Part shown: in pieces, positions 1 to 11,363 of the stretch
How positions within the stretch are numbered: position 1 is the first letter of the stretch
Layout: each line of letters begins with the position of its first letter
Source: Balanoglossus misakiensis
Taxonomy: Eukaryota; Animalia; Hemichordata
Assembly (NCBI GenBank): GCA_040954595.2
Contig: CM082598.2
Coordinates: forward strand, 9,253,097 to 9,317,096
Reading direction: 5' to 3'
DNA: 64,000 nt
The notes under the pieces: model-generated
What the model saw: the letters and a program-made list of their open reading frames with translations, nothing else
The model's database searches: none
Told to the model about the DNA's origin: nothing
Program-made: the position numbers and the translations under genes

Positions 1-3000
1 TGCCCCCAGTTGGCAGTTCAGTTTCATATGAAAGGTATACAAAGATAACATTAACCACGTGCTAGTCAGTGTCACAGCACATGGTCACAGTTTTTCTTGC
101 CCCCAGTTGGCAGTTCAGTTTCATATGAAAGGTATACAAAGATACCATTAATCACGTGCTAGTCAGTGTCACAGCACATGGTCACAGTTTTTCTTGCCCC
201 CAGTTGGCATTTCAGTTTCATATGAAAGGTAATCAAAGATACCATTAACCACATGCTAGTCAGTGTCACAGCACAGGGTCACAGTTTTTCTTGCCCCCAG
301 TTGGCAGTTCAGTTTCATATGAAAGGTATACAAAGATAACATTAACCACGTGCTAGTCAGTGTCACAGCACATGGTCACAGTTTTTCTTGCCCCCAGTTG
401 GCAGTTCAGTTTCATATGAAAGGTATACAAAGATACCATTAATCACGTGCTAGTCAGTGTCACAGCACATGGTCACAGTTTTTCTTGCCCCCAGTTGGCA
501 TTTCAGTTTCATATGAAAGGTAATCAAAGATACCATTAATCACGTGCTAGTCAGTGTCACAGCACATGGTCACAGTTTTTCTTGCCCCCAGTTGGCAGTT
601 CAGTTTCATATGAAAGGTATACAAAGATACCATTAATCACGTGCTAGTCAGTGTCACAGCACATGGTCACAGTTTTTCTTGCCCCCAGTTGGCAGTTCAG
701 TTTCATATGAAAGGTAATCAAAGATACCATTAACCACATGCTAGTCAGTGTCACAGCACATGGTCACAGTTTTTCTTGCCCCCAGTTGGCAGTTCAGTTT
801 CATATGAAAGGTATACAAAGATACCATTAACCACGTGCTAGTCAATGTCACAGCACATGGTCACAGTTTTTCTTGCCCCCAGTTGGCAGTTCAGTTTCAT
901 ATGAAAGGTATACAAAGATAACATTAACCACGTGCTAGTCAGTGTCACAGCACATGGTCACAGTTTTTCTTGCCCCCAGTTGGCAGTTCAGTTTCATATG
1001 AAAGGTATACAAAGATACCATTAACCACATGCTAGTCAGTTTCACAGCACATGGTCAGAGTTTTTATTGCCCCCAGTTTGCAGTTCAGTTTCATATGTAA
1101 GGTATACTAAGATACCATTCACCACGTGCTAGTCAGTGTCACAGCACATGGTCACAGTTTTTCTTGCCCCCAGTTGGCAGTTCAGTTTCATATGGAAGGT
1201 ATTTAAAGGTACCATTAACCACGTGCTAGTCAGTGTCACAGCACATGGTCATTTTTACTTGCCCCCCGTTGGCAGTTCAGTTTCATATGAAAGGTATACA
1301 AAGATACCATTAACCACGTGCTAGTCAGTGTCACAGCACATGGTCACAGTTTTTCTTGCCCCCAGTTGGCAGTTCAGTTTCATATGGAAGGTATTTAAAG
1401 GTACCATTAACCACGTGCTAGTCAGTGTCACAGCACATGGTCAGTTTTTCTTGCCCCCCGTTGGCAGTTTAGTTTCATATGAAAGGTATACAAAGATACC
1501 ATTAACCACGTGCTAGTCAGTGTCACAGCACATGGTCACAGTTTTTCTTGCCCCCAGTTGGCAGTTCAGTTTCATATGAAAGGTATACAAAGATACCATT
1601 AACCACATGCTAGTCAGTTTCACAGCACATGGTCAGAGTTTTTATTGCCCCCAGTTGGCAGTTCAGTTTCATATGTAAGGTATACTAAGATACCATTCAC
1701 CACGTGCTAGTCAGTGTCACAGCACATGGTCACAGTTTTTCTTGCCCCCAGTTGGCAGTTCAGTTTCATATGGAAGGTATTTAAAGGTACCATTAACCAC
1801 GTGCTAGTCAGTGTCACAGCACATGGTCAGTTTTTCTTGCCCCCCGTTGGCAGTTCAGTTTCATATGAAAGGTATACAAAGATACCATTAACCACGTGCT
1901 AGTCAGTGTCACAGCACATGGTCACAGTTTTTCTTGCCCCCAGTTGGCCGTTCAGTTTCATATGAAAGGTATACAAAGATACCATTAATCACGTGCTAGT
2001 CAGTGTCACAGCACATGGTCACAGTGTTTCTTGCCCCCAGTTGGCCGTTCAGTTTCATATGTAAGGTATACTAAGATACCATTAACCACGTGCTAGTCAG
2101 TGTCACAGCACATGGTCACAGTTTTTCTTCCCCCCGTTGGCAGTTCAGTTTCATATGTAAGGTATACTAAGATACCATTAATCACATGCTAGTCAGTGTC
2201 ACAGCACATGGTCACAGTTTTTCTTGCCCCAAGTTGGCAGTTCAGTTTCATATGAAAGGTATACAAAGATAACATTAACCACATGCTAGTCAGTGTCACA
2301 GCACATGGTCACAGTTTTTCTTGCCCCCAGTTGGCAGTTCAGTTTCATATGAAAGGTATACAAAGATAACATTAACCACGTGCTAGTCAGTGTCACAGCA
2401 CATGGTCACAGTTTTTCTTGCCCCCAGTTGGCAGTTCAGTTTCATATGAAAGGTATACAAAGATACCATTAATCACGTGCTAGTCAGTGTCACAGCACAT
2501 GGTCACAGTTTTTCTTGCCCCCAGTTGGCAGTTCAGTTTCATATGAAAGGTAATCAAAGATACCATTAACCACATGCTAGTCAGTGTCACAGCACATGGT
2601 CACAGTTTTTCTTGCCCCCAGTTGGCAGTTCAGTTTCATATGAAAGGTATACAAAGATACCATTAACCACGTGCTAGTCAATGTCACAGCACATGGTCAC
2701 AGTTTTTCTTGCCCCCAGTTGGCAGTTCAGTTTCATATGAAAGGTATACAAAGATAACATTAACCACGTGCTAGTCAGTGTCACAGCACATGGTCACAGT
2801 TTTTCTTGCCCCCAGTTGGCAGTTCAGTTTCATATGAAAGGTATACAAAGATACCATTAACCACATGCTAGTCAGTTTCACAGCACATGGTCAGAGTTTT
2901 TATTGCCCCCAGTTTGCAGTTCAGTTTCATATGTAAGGTATACTAAGATACCATTCACCACGTGCTAGTCAGTGTCACAGCACATGGTCACAGTTTTTCT

Positions 3001-6000
3001 TGCCCCCAGTTGGCAGTTCAGTTTCATATGGAAGGTATTTAAAGGTACCATTAACCACGTGCTAGTCAGTGTCACAGCACATGGTCATTTTTACTTGCCC
3101 CCCGTTGGCAGTTCAGTTTCATATGAAAGGTATACAAAGATACCATTAACCACGTGCTAGTCAGTGTCACAGCACATGGTCACAGTTTTTCTTGCCCCCA
3201 GTTGGCAGTTCAGTTTCATATGGAAGGTATTTAAAGGTACCATTAACCACGTGCTAGTCAGTGTCACAGCACATGGTCAGTTTTTCTTGCCCCCCGTTGG
3301 CAGTTTAGTTTCATATGAAAGGTATACAAAGATACCATTAACCACGTGCTAGTCAGTGTCACAGCACATGGTCACAGTTTTTCTTGCCCCCAGTTGGCAG
3401 TTCAGTTTCATATGAAAGGTATACAAAGATACCATTAACCACATGCTAGTCAGTTTCACAGCACATGGTCAGAGTTTTTATTGCCCCCAGTTGGCAGTTC
3501 AGTTTCATATGTAAGGTATACTAAGATACCATTCACCACGTGCTAGTCAGTGTCACAGCACATGGTCACAGTTTTTCTTGCCCCCAGTTGGCAGTTCAGT
3601 TTCATATGGAAGGTATTTAAAGGTACCATTAACCACGTGCTAGTCAGTGTCACAGCACATGGTCAGTTTTTCTTGCCCCCCGTTGGCAGTTCAGTTTCAT
3701 ATGAAAGGTATACAAAGATACCATTAACCACGTGCTAGTCAGTGTCACAGCACATGGTCACAGTTTTTCTTGCCCCCAGTTGGCCGTTCAGTTTCATATG
3801 AAAGGTATACAAAGATACCATTAATCACGTGCTAGTCAGTGTCACAGCACATGGTCACAGTGTTTCTTGCCCCCAGTTGGCCGTTCAGTTTCATATGTAA
3901 GGTATACTAAGATACCATTAACCACGTGCTAGTCAGTGTCACAGCACATGGTCACAGTTTTTCTTCCCCCCGTTGGCAGTTCAGTTTCATATGTAAGGTA
4001 TACTAAGATACCATTAATCACATGCTAGTCAGTGTCACAGCACATGGTCACAGTTTTTCTTGCCCCAAGTTGGCAGTTCAGTTTCATATGTAAGGTATAC
4101 TAAGATACCATTCACCACGTGCTAGTCAGTGTCACAGCACATGGTCACAGTTTTTCTTGCCCCCAGTTGGCAGTTCAGTTTCATATGGAAGGTATTTAAA
4201 GGTACCATTAACCACGTGCTAGTCAGTGTCACAGCACATGGTCAGTTTTTCTTGCCCCCCGTTGGCAGTTCAGTTTCATATGAAAGGTATACAAAGATAC
4301 CATTAACCACGTGCTAGTCAGTGTCACAGCACATGGTCACAGTTTTTCTTGCCCCCCGTTGGCAGTTCAGTTTCATATGAAAGGTATACAAAGATACCAT
4401 TAATCACGTGCTAGTCAGTGTCACAGCACATGGTCACAGTGTTTCTTGCCCCCAGTTGGCCGTTCAGTTTCATATGTAAGGTATACTAAGATACCATTAA
4501 CCACGTGCTAGTCAGTGTCACAGCACATGGTCACAGTTTTTCTTCCCCCCGTTGGCAGTTCAGTTTCATATGTAAGGTATACTAAGATACCATTAATCAC
4601 ATGCTAGTCAGTGTCACAGCACATGGTCACAGTTTTTCTTGCCCCCAGTTGGCAGTTCAGTTTCATATGAAGGTATACTAAGATACCATTAACCACGTGC
4701 TAGTCAGTGTCACAGCACATGGTCACAGTTTTTCTTGCCCCCCGTTGGCAGTTCAGTTTCATATGAAAGGTATACTAAGATACCATTAACCACGTGCTAG
4801 TTAGTGTCACAGCACATGGTCACAGTGTTTCTTGCCCCCATTTGGCAGTTCAGTTTCATATGAAAGGTATACAAAGATACCATTAATCACGTGCTAGTCA
4901 GTGTCACAGCACATGGTCACAGTTTTTCTTGCCCCCAGTTGGCAGTTCAGTTTCATATGGAAGGTATTTAAAGGTACCATTAACCACGTGCTAGTCAGTG
5001 TCACAGCACATGGTCACAGTTTTTCTTGCCCCCCGTTGGCAGTTCAGTTTCATATGAAAGGTATACAAAGATACCATTAACCACATGCTAGTCAGTGTCA
5101 CAGCACATGGTCACAGTTTTTCTTGCCCCCAGTTGGCAGTTCAGTTTCATATGAAAGGTATACAAAGATACCATTAACCACGTGCTAGTCAGTGTCACAG
5201 CACATGGTCACAGTTTTTCTTGCCCGCAGTTGGCAGTTCAGTTTCATATGAAAGGTATACAAAGATAAAACCATTAACCACGTGCTAGTCAGTGTCACAG
5301 CACATGGTCACAGTTTTTCTTGCCCCCAGTTGGCAGTTCAGTTTCATATGAAAGGTATACAAAGATACCATTAACCACGTGCTAGTCAGTGTCACAGCAC
5401 ATGGTCACAGTTTTTCTTGCCCCCAGTTGGCAGTTCAGTTTCATATGAAAGGTATACAAAGATAACATTAATCACGTGCTAGTCAGTGTCACAGCACATG
5501 GTCACAGTTTTTCTTGCCCCCAGTTGGCAGTTCAGTTTCATATGAAAGGTATACAAAGATACCATTAATCACGTGCTAGTCAGTGTCACAGCACATGGTC
5601 ACAGTGTTTCTTGCCCCCAGTTGGCAGTTCAGTTTCATATGAAAGGTATACAAAGATACCATTAACCACGTGCTAGTCAGTGTCACAGCACATGGTCACA
5701 GTTTTTCTTGCCCCCAGTTGGCAGTTCAGTTTCATATGGAAGGTATTTAAAGGTACCATTAACCACGTGCTAGTCAGTGTCACAGCACATGGTCAGTTTT
5801 TCTTGCCCCCCGTTGGCAGTTTAGTTTCATATGAAAGGTATACAAAGATACCATTAACCACATGCTAGTCAGTGTCACAGCACATGGTCACAGTTTTTCT
5901 TGCCCCCAGTTGGCAGTTCAGTTTCATATGAAAGGTATACAAAGATACCATTAACCACATGCTAGTCAGTTTCACAGCACATGGTCAGAGTTTTTATTGC

Positions 6001-9000
6001 CCCCAGTTGGCAGTTCAGTTTCATATGTAAGGTATACTAAGATACCATTCACCACGTGCTAGTCAGTGTCACAGCACATGGTCACAGTTTTTCTTGCCCC
6101 GAGTTGGCAGTTCAGTTTCATATGGAAGGTATTTAAAGGTACCATTAACCACGTGCTAGTCAGTGTCACAGCACATGGTCAGTTTTTCTTGCCCCCCGTT
6201 GGCAGTTCAGTTTCATATGAAAGGTATACAAAGATACCATTAACCACGTGCTAGTCAGTGTCACAGCACATGGTCACAGTTTTTCTTGCCCCCAGTTGGC
6301 CGTTCAGTTTCATATGAAAGGTATACAAAGATACCATTAATCACGTGCTAGTCAGTGTCACAGCACATGGTCACAGTGTTTCTTGCCCCCAGTTGGCCGT
6401 TCAGTTTCATATGTAAGGTATACTAAGATACCATTAACCACGTGCTAGTCAGTGTCACAGCACATGGTCACAGTTTTTCTTCCCCCCGTTGGCAGTTCAG
6501 TTTCATATGTAAGGTATACTAAGATACCATTAATCACATGCTAGTCAGTGTCACAGCACATGGTCACAGTTTTTCTTGCCCCAAGTTGGCAGTTCAGTTT
6601 CATATGAAAGGTATACAAAGATAACATTAACCACATGCTAGTCAGTGTCACAGCACATGGTCACAGTTTTTCTTGCCCCCAGTTGGCAGTTCAGTTTCAT
6701 ATGAAAGGTATACAAAGATAACATTAACCACGTGCTAGTCAGTGTCACAGCACATGGTCACAGTTTTTCTTGCCCCCAGTTGGCAGTTCAGTTTCATATG
6801 AAAGGTATACAAAGATACCATTAATCACGTGCTAGTCAGTGTCACAGCACATGGTCACAGTTTTTCTTGCCCCCAGTTGGCAGTTCAGTTTCATATGAAA
6901 GGTAATCAAAGATACCATTAACCACATGCTAGTCAGTGTCACAGCACATGGTCACAGTTTTTCTTGCCCCCAGTTGGCAGTTCAGTTTCATATGAAAGGT
7001 ATACAAAGATACCATTAACCACGTGCTAGTCAATGTCACAGCACATGGTCACAGTTTTTCTTGCCCCCAGTTGGCAGTTCAGTTTCATATGAAAGGTATA
7101 CAAAGATAACATTAACCACGTGCTAGTCAGTGTCACAGCACATGGTCACAGTTTTTCTTGCCCCCAGTTGGCAGTTCAGTTTCATATGAAAGGTATACAA
7201 AGATACCATTAACCACATGCTAGTCAGTTTCACAGCACATGGTCAGAGTTTTTATTGCCCCCAGTTTGCAGTTCAGTTTCATATGTAAGGTATACTAAGA
7301 TACCATTCACCACGTGCTAGTCAGTGTCACAGCACATGGTCACAGTTTTTCTTGCCCCCAGTTGGCAGTTCAGTTTCATATGGAAGGTATTTAAAGGTAC
7401 CATTAACCACGTGCTAGTCAGTGTCACAGCACATGGTCATTTTTACTTGCCCTCCGTTGGCAGTTCAGTTTCATATGAAAGGTATACAAAGATACCATTA
7501 ACCACGTGCTAGTCAGTGTCACAGCACATGGTCACAGTTTTTCTTGCCCCCAGTTGGCAGTTCAGTTTCATATGGAAGGTATTTAAAGGTACCATTAACC
7601 ACGTGCTAGTCAGTGTCACAGCACATGGTCAGTTTTTCTTGCCCCCCGTTGGCAGTTTAGTTTCATATGAAAGGTATACAAAGATACCATTAACCACGTG
7701 CTAGTCAGTGTCACAGCACATGGTCACAGTTTTTCTTGCCCCCAGTTGGCAGTTCAGTTTCATATGAAAGGTATACAAAGATACCATTAACCACATGCTA
7801 GTCAGTTTCACAGCACATGGTCAGAGTTTTTATTGCCCCCAGTTGGCAGTTCAGTTTCATATGTAAGGTATACTAAGATACCATTCACCACGTGCTAGTC
7901 AGTGTCACAGCACATGGTCACAGTTTTTCTTGCCCCCAGTTGGCAGTTCAGTTTCATATGGAAGGTATTTAAAGGTACCATTAACCACGTGCTAGTCAGT
8001 GTCACAGCACATGGTCAGTTTTTCTTGCCCCCCGTTGGCAGTTCAGTTTCATATGAAAGGTATACAAAGATACCATTAACCACGTGCTAGTCAGTGTCAC
8101 AGCACATGGTCACAGTTTTTCTTGCCCCCAGTTGGCCGTTCAGTTTCATATGAAAGGTATACAAAGATACCATTAATCACGTGCTAGTCAGTGTCACAGC
8201 ACATGGTCACAGTGTTTCTTGCCCCCAGTTGGCCGTTCAGTTTCATATGTAAGGTATACTAAGATACCATTAACCACGTGCTAGTCAGTGTCACAGCACA
8301 TGGTCACAGTTTTTCTTCCCCCCGTTGGCAGTTCAGTTTCATATGTAAGGTATACTAAGATACCATTAATCACATGCTAGTCAGTGTCACAGCACATGGT
8401 CACAGTTTTTCTTGCCCCAAGTTGGCAGTTCAGTTTCATATGTAAGGTATACTAAGATACCATTCACCACGTGCTAGTCAGTGTCACAGCACATGGTCAC
8501 AGTTTTTCTTGCCCCCAGTTGGCAGTTCAGTTTCATATGGAAGGTATTTAAAGGTACCATTAACCACGTGCTAGTCAGTGTCACAGCACATGGTCAGTTT
8601 TTCTTGCCCCCCGTTGGCAGTTCAGTTTCATATGAAAGGTATACAAAGATACCATTAACCACGTGCTAGTCAGTGTCACAGCACATGGTCACAGTTTTTC
8701 TTGCCCCCCGTTGGCAGTTCAGTTTCATATGAAAGGTATACAAAGATACCATTAATCACGTGCTAGTCAGTGTCACAGCACATGGTCACAGTGTTTCTTG
8801 CCCCCAGTTGGCCGTTCAGTTTCATATGTAAGGTATACTAAGATACCATTAACCACGTGCTAGTCAGTGTCACAGCACATGGTCACAGTTTTTCTTCCCC
8901 CCGTTGGCAGTTCAGTTTCATATGTAAGGTATACTAAGATACCATTAATCACATGCTAGTCAGTGTCACAGCACATGGTCACAGTTTTTCTTGCCCCCAG

Positions 9001-10533
9001 TTGGCAGTTCAGTTTCATATGAAGGTATACTAAGATACCATTAACCACGTGCTAGTCAGTGTCACAGCACATGGTCACAGTTTTTCTTGCCCCCCGTTGG
9101 CAGTTCAGTTTCATATGAAAGGTATACTAAGATACCATTAACCACGTGCTAGTTAGTGTCACAGCACATGGTCACAGTGTTTCTTGCCCCCATTTGGCAG
9201 TTCAGTTTCATATGAAAGGTATACAAAGATACCATTAATCACGTGCTAGTCAGTGTCACAGCACATGGTCACAGTTTTTCTTGCCCCCAGTTGGCAGTTC
9301 AGTTTCATATGGAAGGTATTTAAAGGTACCATTAACCACGTGCTAGTCAGTGTCACAGCACATGGTCACAGTTTTTCTTGCCCCCCGTTGGCAGTTCAGT
9401 TTCATATGAAAGGTATACAAAGATACCATTAACCACATGCTAGTCAGTGTCACAGCACATGGTCACAGTTTTTCTTGCCCCCAGTTGGCAGTTCAGTTTC
9501 ATATGAAAGGTATACAAAGATACCATTAACCACGTGCTAGTCAGTGTCACAGCACATGGTCACAGTTTTTCTTGCCCGCAGTTGGCAGTTCAGTTTCATA
9601 TGAAAGGTATACAAAGATAAAACCATTAACCACGTGCTAGTCAGTGTCACAGCACATGGTCACAGTTTTTCTTGCCCCCAGTTGGCAGTTCAGTTTCATA
9701 TGAAAGGTATACAAAGATACCATTAACCACGTGCTAGTCAGTGTCACAGCACATGGTCACAGTTTTTCTTGCCCCCAGTTGGCAGTTCAGTTTCATATGA
9801 AAGGTATACAAAGATAACATTAATCACGTGCTAGTCAGTGTCACAGCACATGGTCACAGTTTTTCTTGCCCCCAGTTGGCAGTTCAGTTTCATATGAAAG
9901 GTATACAAAGATACCATTAATCACGTGCTAGTCAGTGTCACAGCACATGGTCACAGTGTTTCTTGCCCCCAGTTGGCAGTTCAGTTTCATATGAAAGGTA
10001 TACAAAGATACCATTAATCACGTGCTAGTCAGTGTCACAGCACATGGTTACAGTTTTTCTTGCCCCCCGTTGGCAGTTCAGTTTCATATGAAAGGTATAC
10101 AAAGATACCATTAATCACGTGCTAGTCAGTGTCACATCACATGGTCACAGTTTTTCTTGCCCCCAGTTGGCAGTTCAGTTTCATATGAAAGGTATACAAA
10201 GATACCATTAATCACGTGCTAGTCAGTGTCACAGCACATGGTCACAGTGTTTCTTGCCCCCCGTTGGCAGTTCAGTTTCATATGAAAGGTATACAAAGAT
10301 ACCATTAACCACGTGCTAGTCAGTGTCACAGCACATGGTCACAGTTTTTCTTGCCCCCAGTTGGCAGTTCAGTTTCATATGAAAGGTATACAAAGATAAC
10401 ATTAACCACGTGCTAGTCAGTGCACAGCACATGGTCACAGTTTTTTTTGCCCCCAGTTGGCAGTTCAGTTTCATATGGAAGGTATTTAAAGGTACCATTA
10501 ACCACGTGCTAGTCAGTGTCACAGCACATGGTC
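1..10533. repeat. 97-bp tandem satellite array (~108 monomers, truncated by the window start) with higher-order structure
   Basis: GCTAGTCAGTGTCACAGCACATGGTCACAG... recurs at 61, 158 and onward (period 97). Diagnostic variants recur at 1836 bp (TAATC at 715/2551) and 4352 bp (AAAGATAAAA at 5261/9613; GCCCGCAG at 5222/9574). The array ends at ...CACATGGTC (10533). Confidence 0.98.
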
Positions 10534-11363
10534 TAATGAGCAGCGCAACCACGAGTCGCTCGTCTTCATCAACACGAGTTTGTTGAACATTCAGCTCATT
10601 GCAGCTATTTTGGACACCTCCTTTCCTTTACACATTGTAGGCATTGGCCTTTCAACAGTTCCATTCCAATGTAACTTCACTAGGCTTCCTTATGCCCTTT
10701 TATTCTACTTGATATGTTATTTTCAATTTGGAAATTTTCATTTTCCTTTCAGTTTTTCAATTTCACATGTAGGTTCAAAATGTCACATTTCTACAGTTGA
10801 TATGTCTGGTTTACCCAATATCTTTTTCCTTTGCTTTATTCTTTTTTTTAAATTTATTTTCCTTTATTTATGATCTATTATTTATTTAATTCCTTAAATT
10901 TTACTTTCTGGCGGTAACTTCTCTGTTTGGCGGAGTCTTATTAAAGTACTTCCATTGAAAGTTGTCTTTGTACCTTTATTCATACAATCAAGGAGAGCAG
11001 TGGGTGGAATTTGCTACAAAATGTGCCATTTTAGTTAATTAGACCCCTGCGAAGGTTAGCCCCCTAGCGGTCACTTCATTCTTTGGGGATCTCTGCACAC
11101 GTGACTCACTCCTCTTCTGTAGCCGTACGTGTTAGGTCGTTCTAGCGACCTGGTCTTGATTTTCACCCACCCACCACTCCCATTAAAATGTGTGAGTTAT
11201 TGCCCCTTTTATTATTTAGATTTATGTTTTCATTTGTTTCTATTCAACCATTATTGTATTGCTTGTATTGGCGGAGTCGTATTAAAGTACTTCCATTGTT
11301 ACCACCTGAAAGTTGTCTTTGTACCTTTATTCATACAATCAGGGAGAGCAGTAGGTGGAATTT
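10534..11363 (+). mobile_element. Probable decayed 3' end of a Penelope-like element (GIY-YIG C-terminus plus 3' tail)
   Basis: Just after the array one frame reads SNEQRNHESLVFINTSLLNIQL, resembling the PLE endonuclease tail G.N.QR...E..L.F.LGT..P.GLNI.F. It is followed by T-rich sequence and an ~85-95 bp direct repeat. Matched from memory of the family consensus, not by search. Confidence 0.45.
10927..11363. repeat. Dispersed direct repeat pair (10927-11012 and 11268-11363)
   Basis: TTGGCGGAGTC.TATTAAAGTACTTCCATTG...AAAGTTGTCTTTGTACCTTTATTCATACAATCA.GGAGAGCAGT.GGTGGAATTT occurs twice; the first copy lacks TTACCACCTG. Confidence 0.9.

Noticed and set aside
1136-8669. Thirteen near-identical 62-aa ORFs (MSQHMVTVFLAPSW...) as a tandem gene family
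   Set aside because: They start at GTG, span two satellite monomers, and exist only where a stop-removing variant is followed by a 2-bp-deleted monomer. They are by-products of the repeat, useful only as HOR markers.
1-10533. CRISPR array
   Set aside because: The units are whole tandem copies with no unique spacers, the context is eukaryotic, and there are no cas genes.
11047-11072. Hammerhead ribozyme in the Penelope-like tail (CTGCGAAGGTTAGCCCCCTAGCGGTC)
   Set aside because: It resembles a PLE hammerhead (CTGA.GA plus stem II) but lacks an A of the core and the whole GAAA, so at best it is a dead relic. No intact CTGATGA...GAAA core was found elsewhere.
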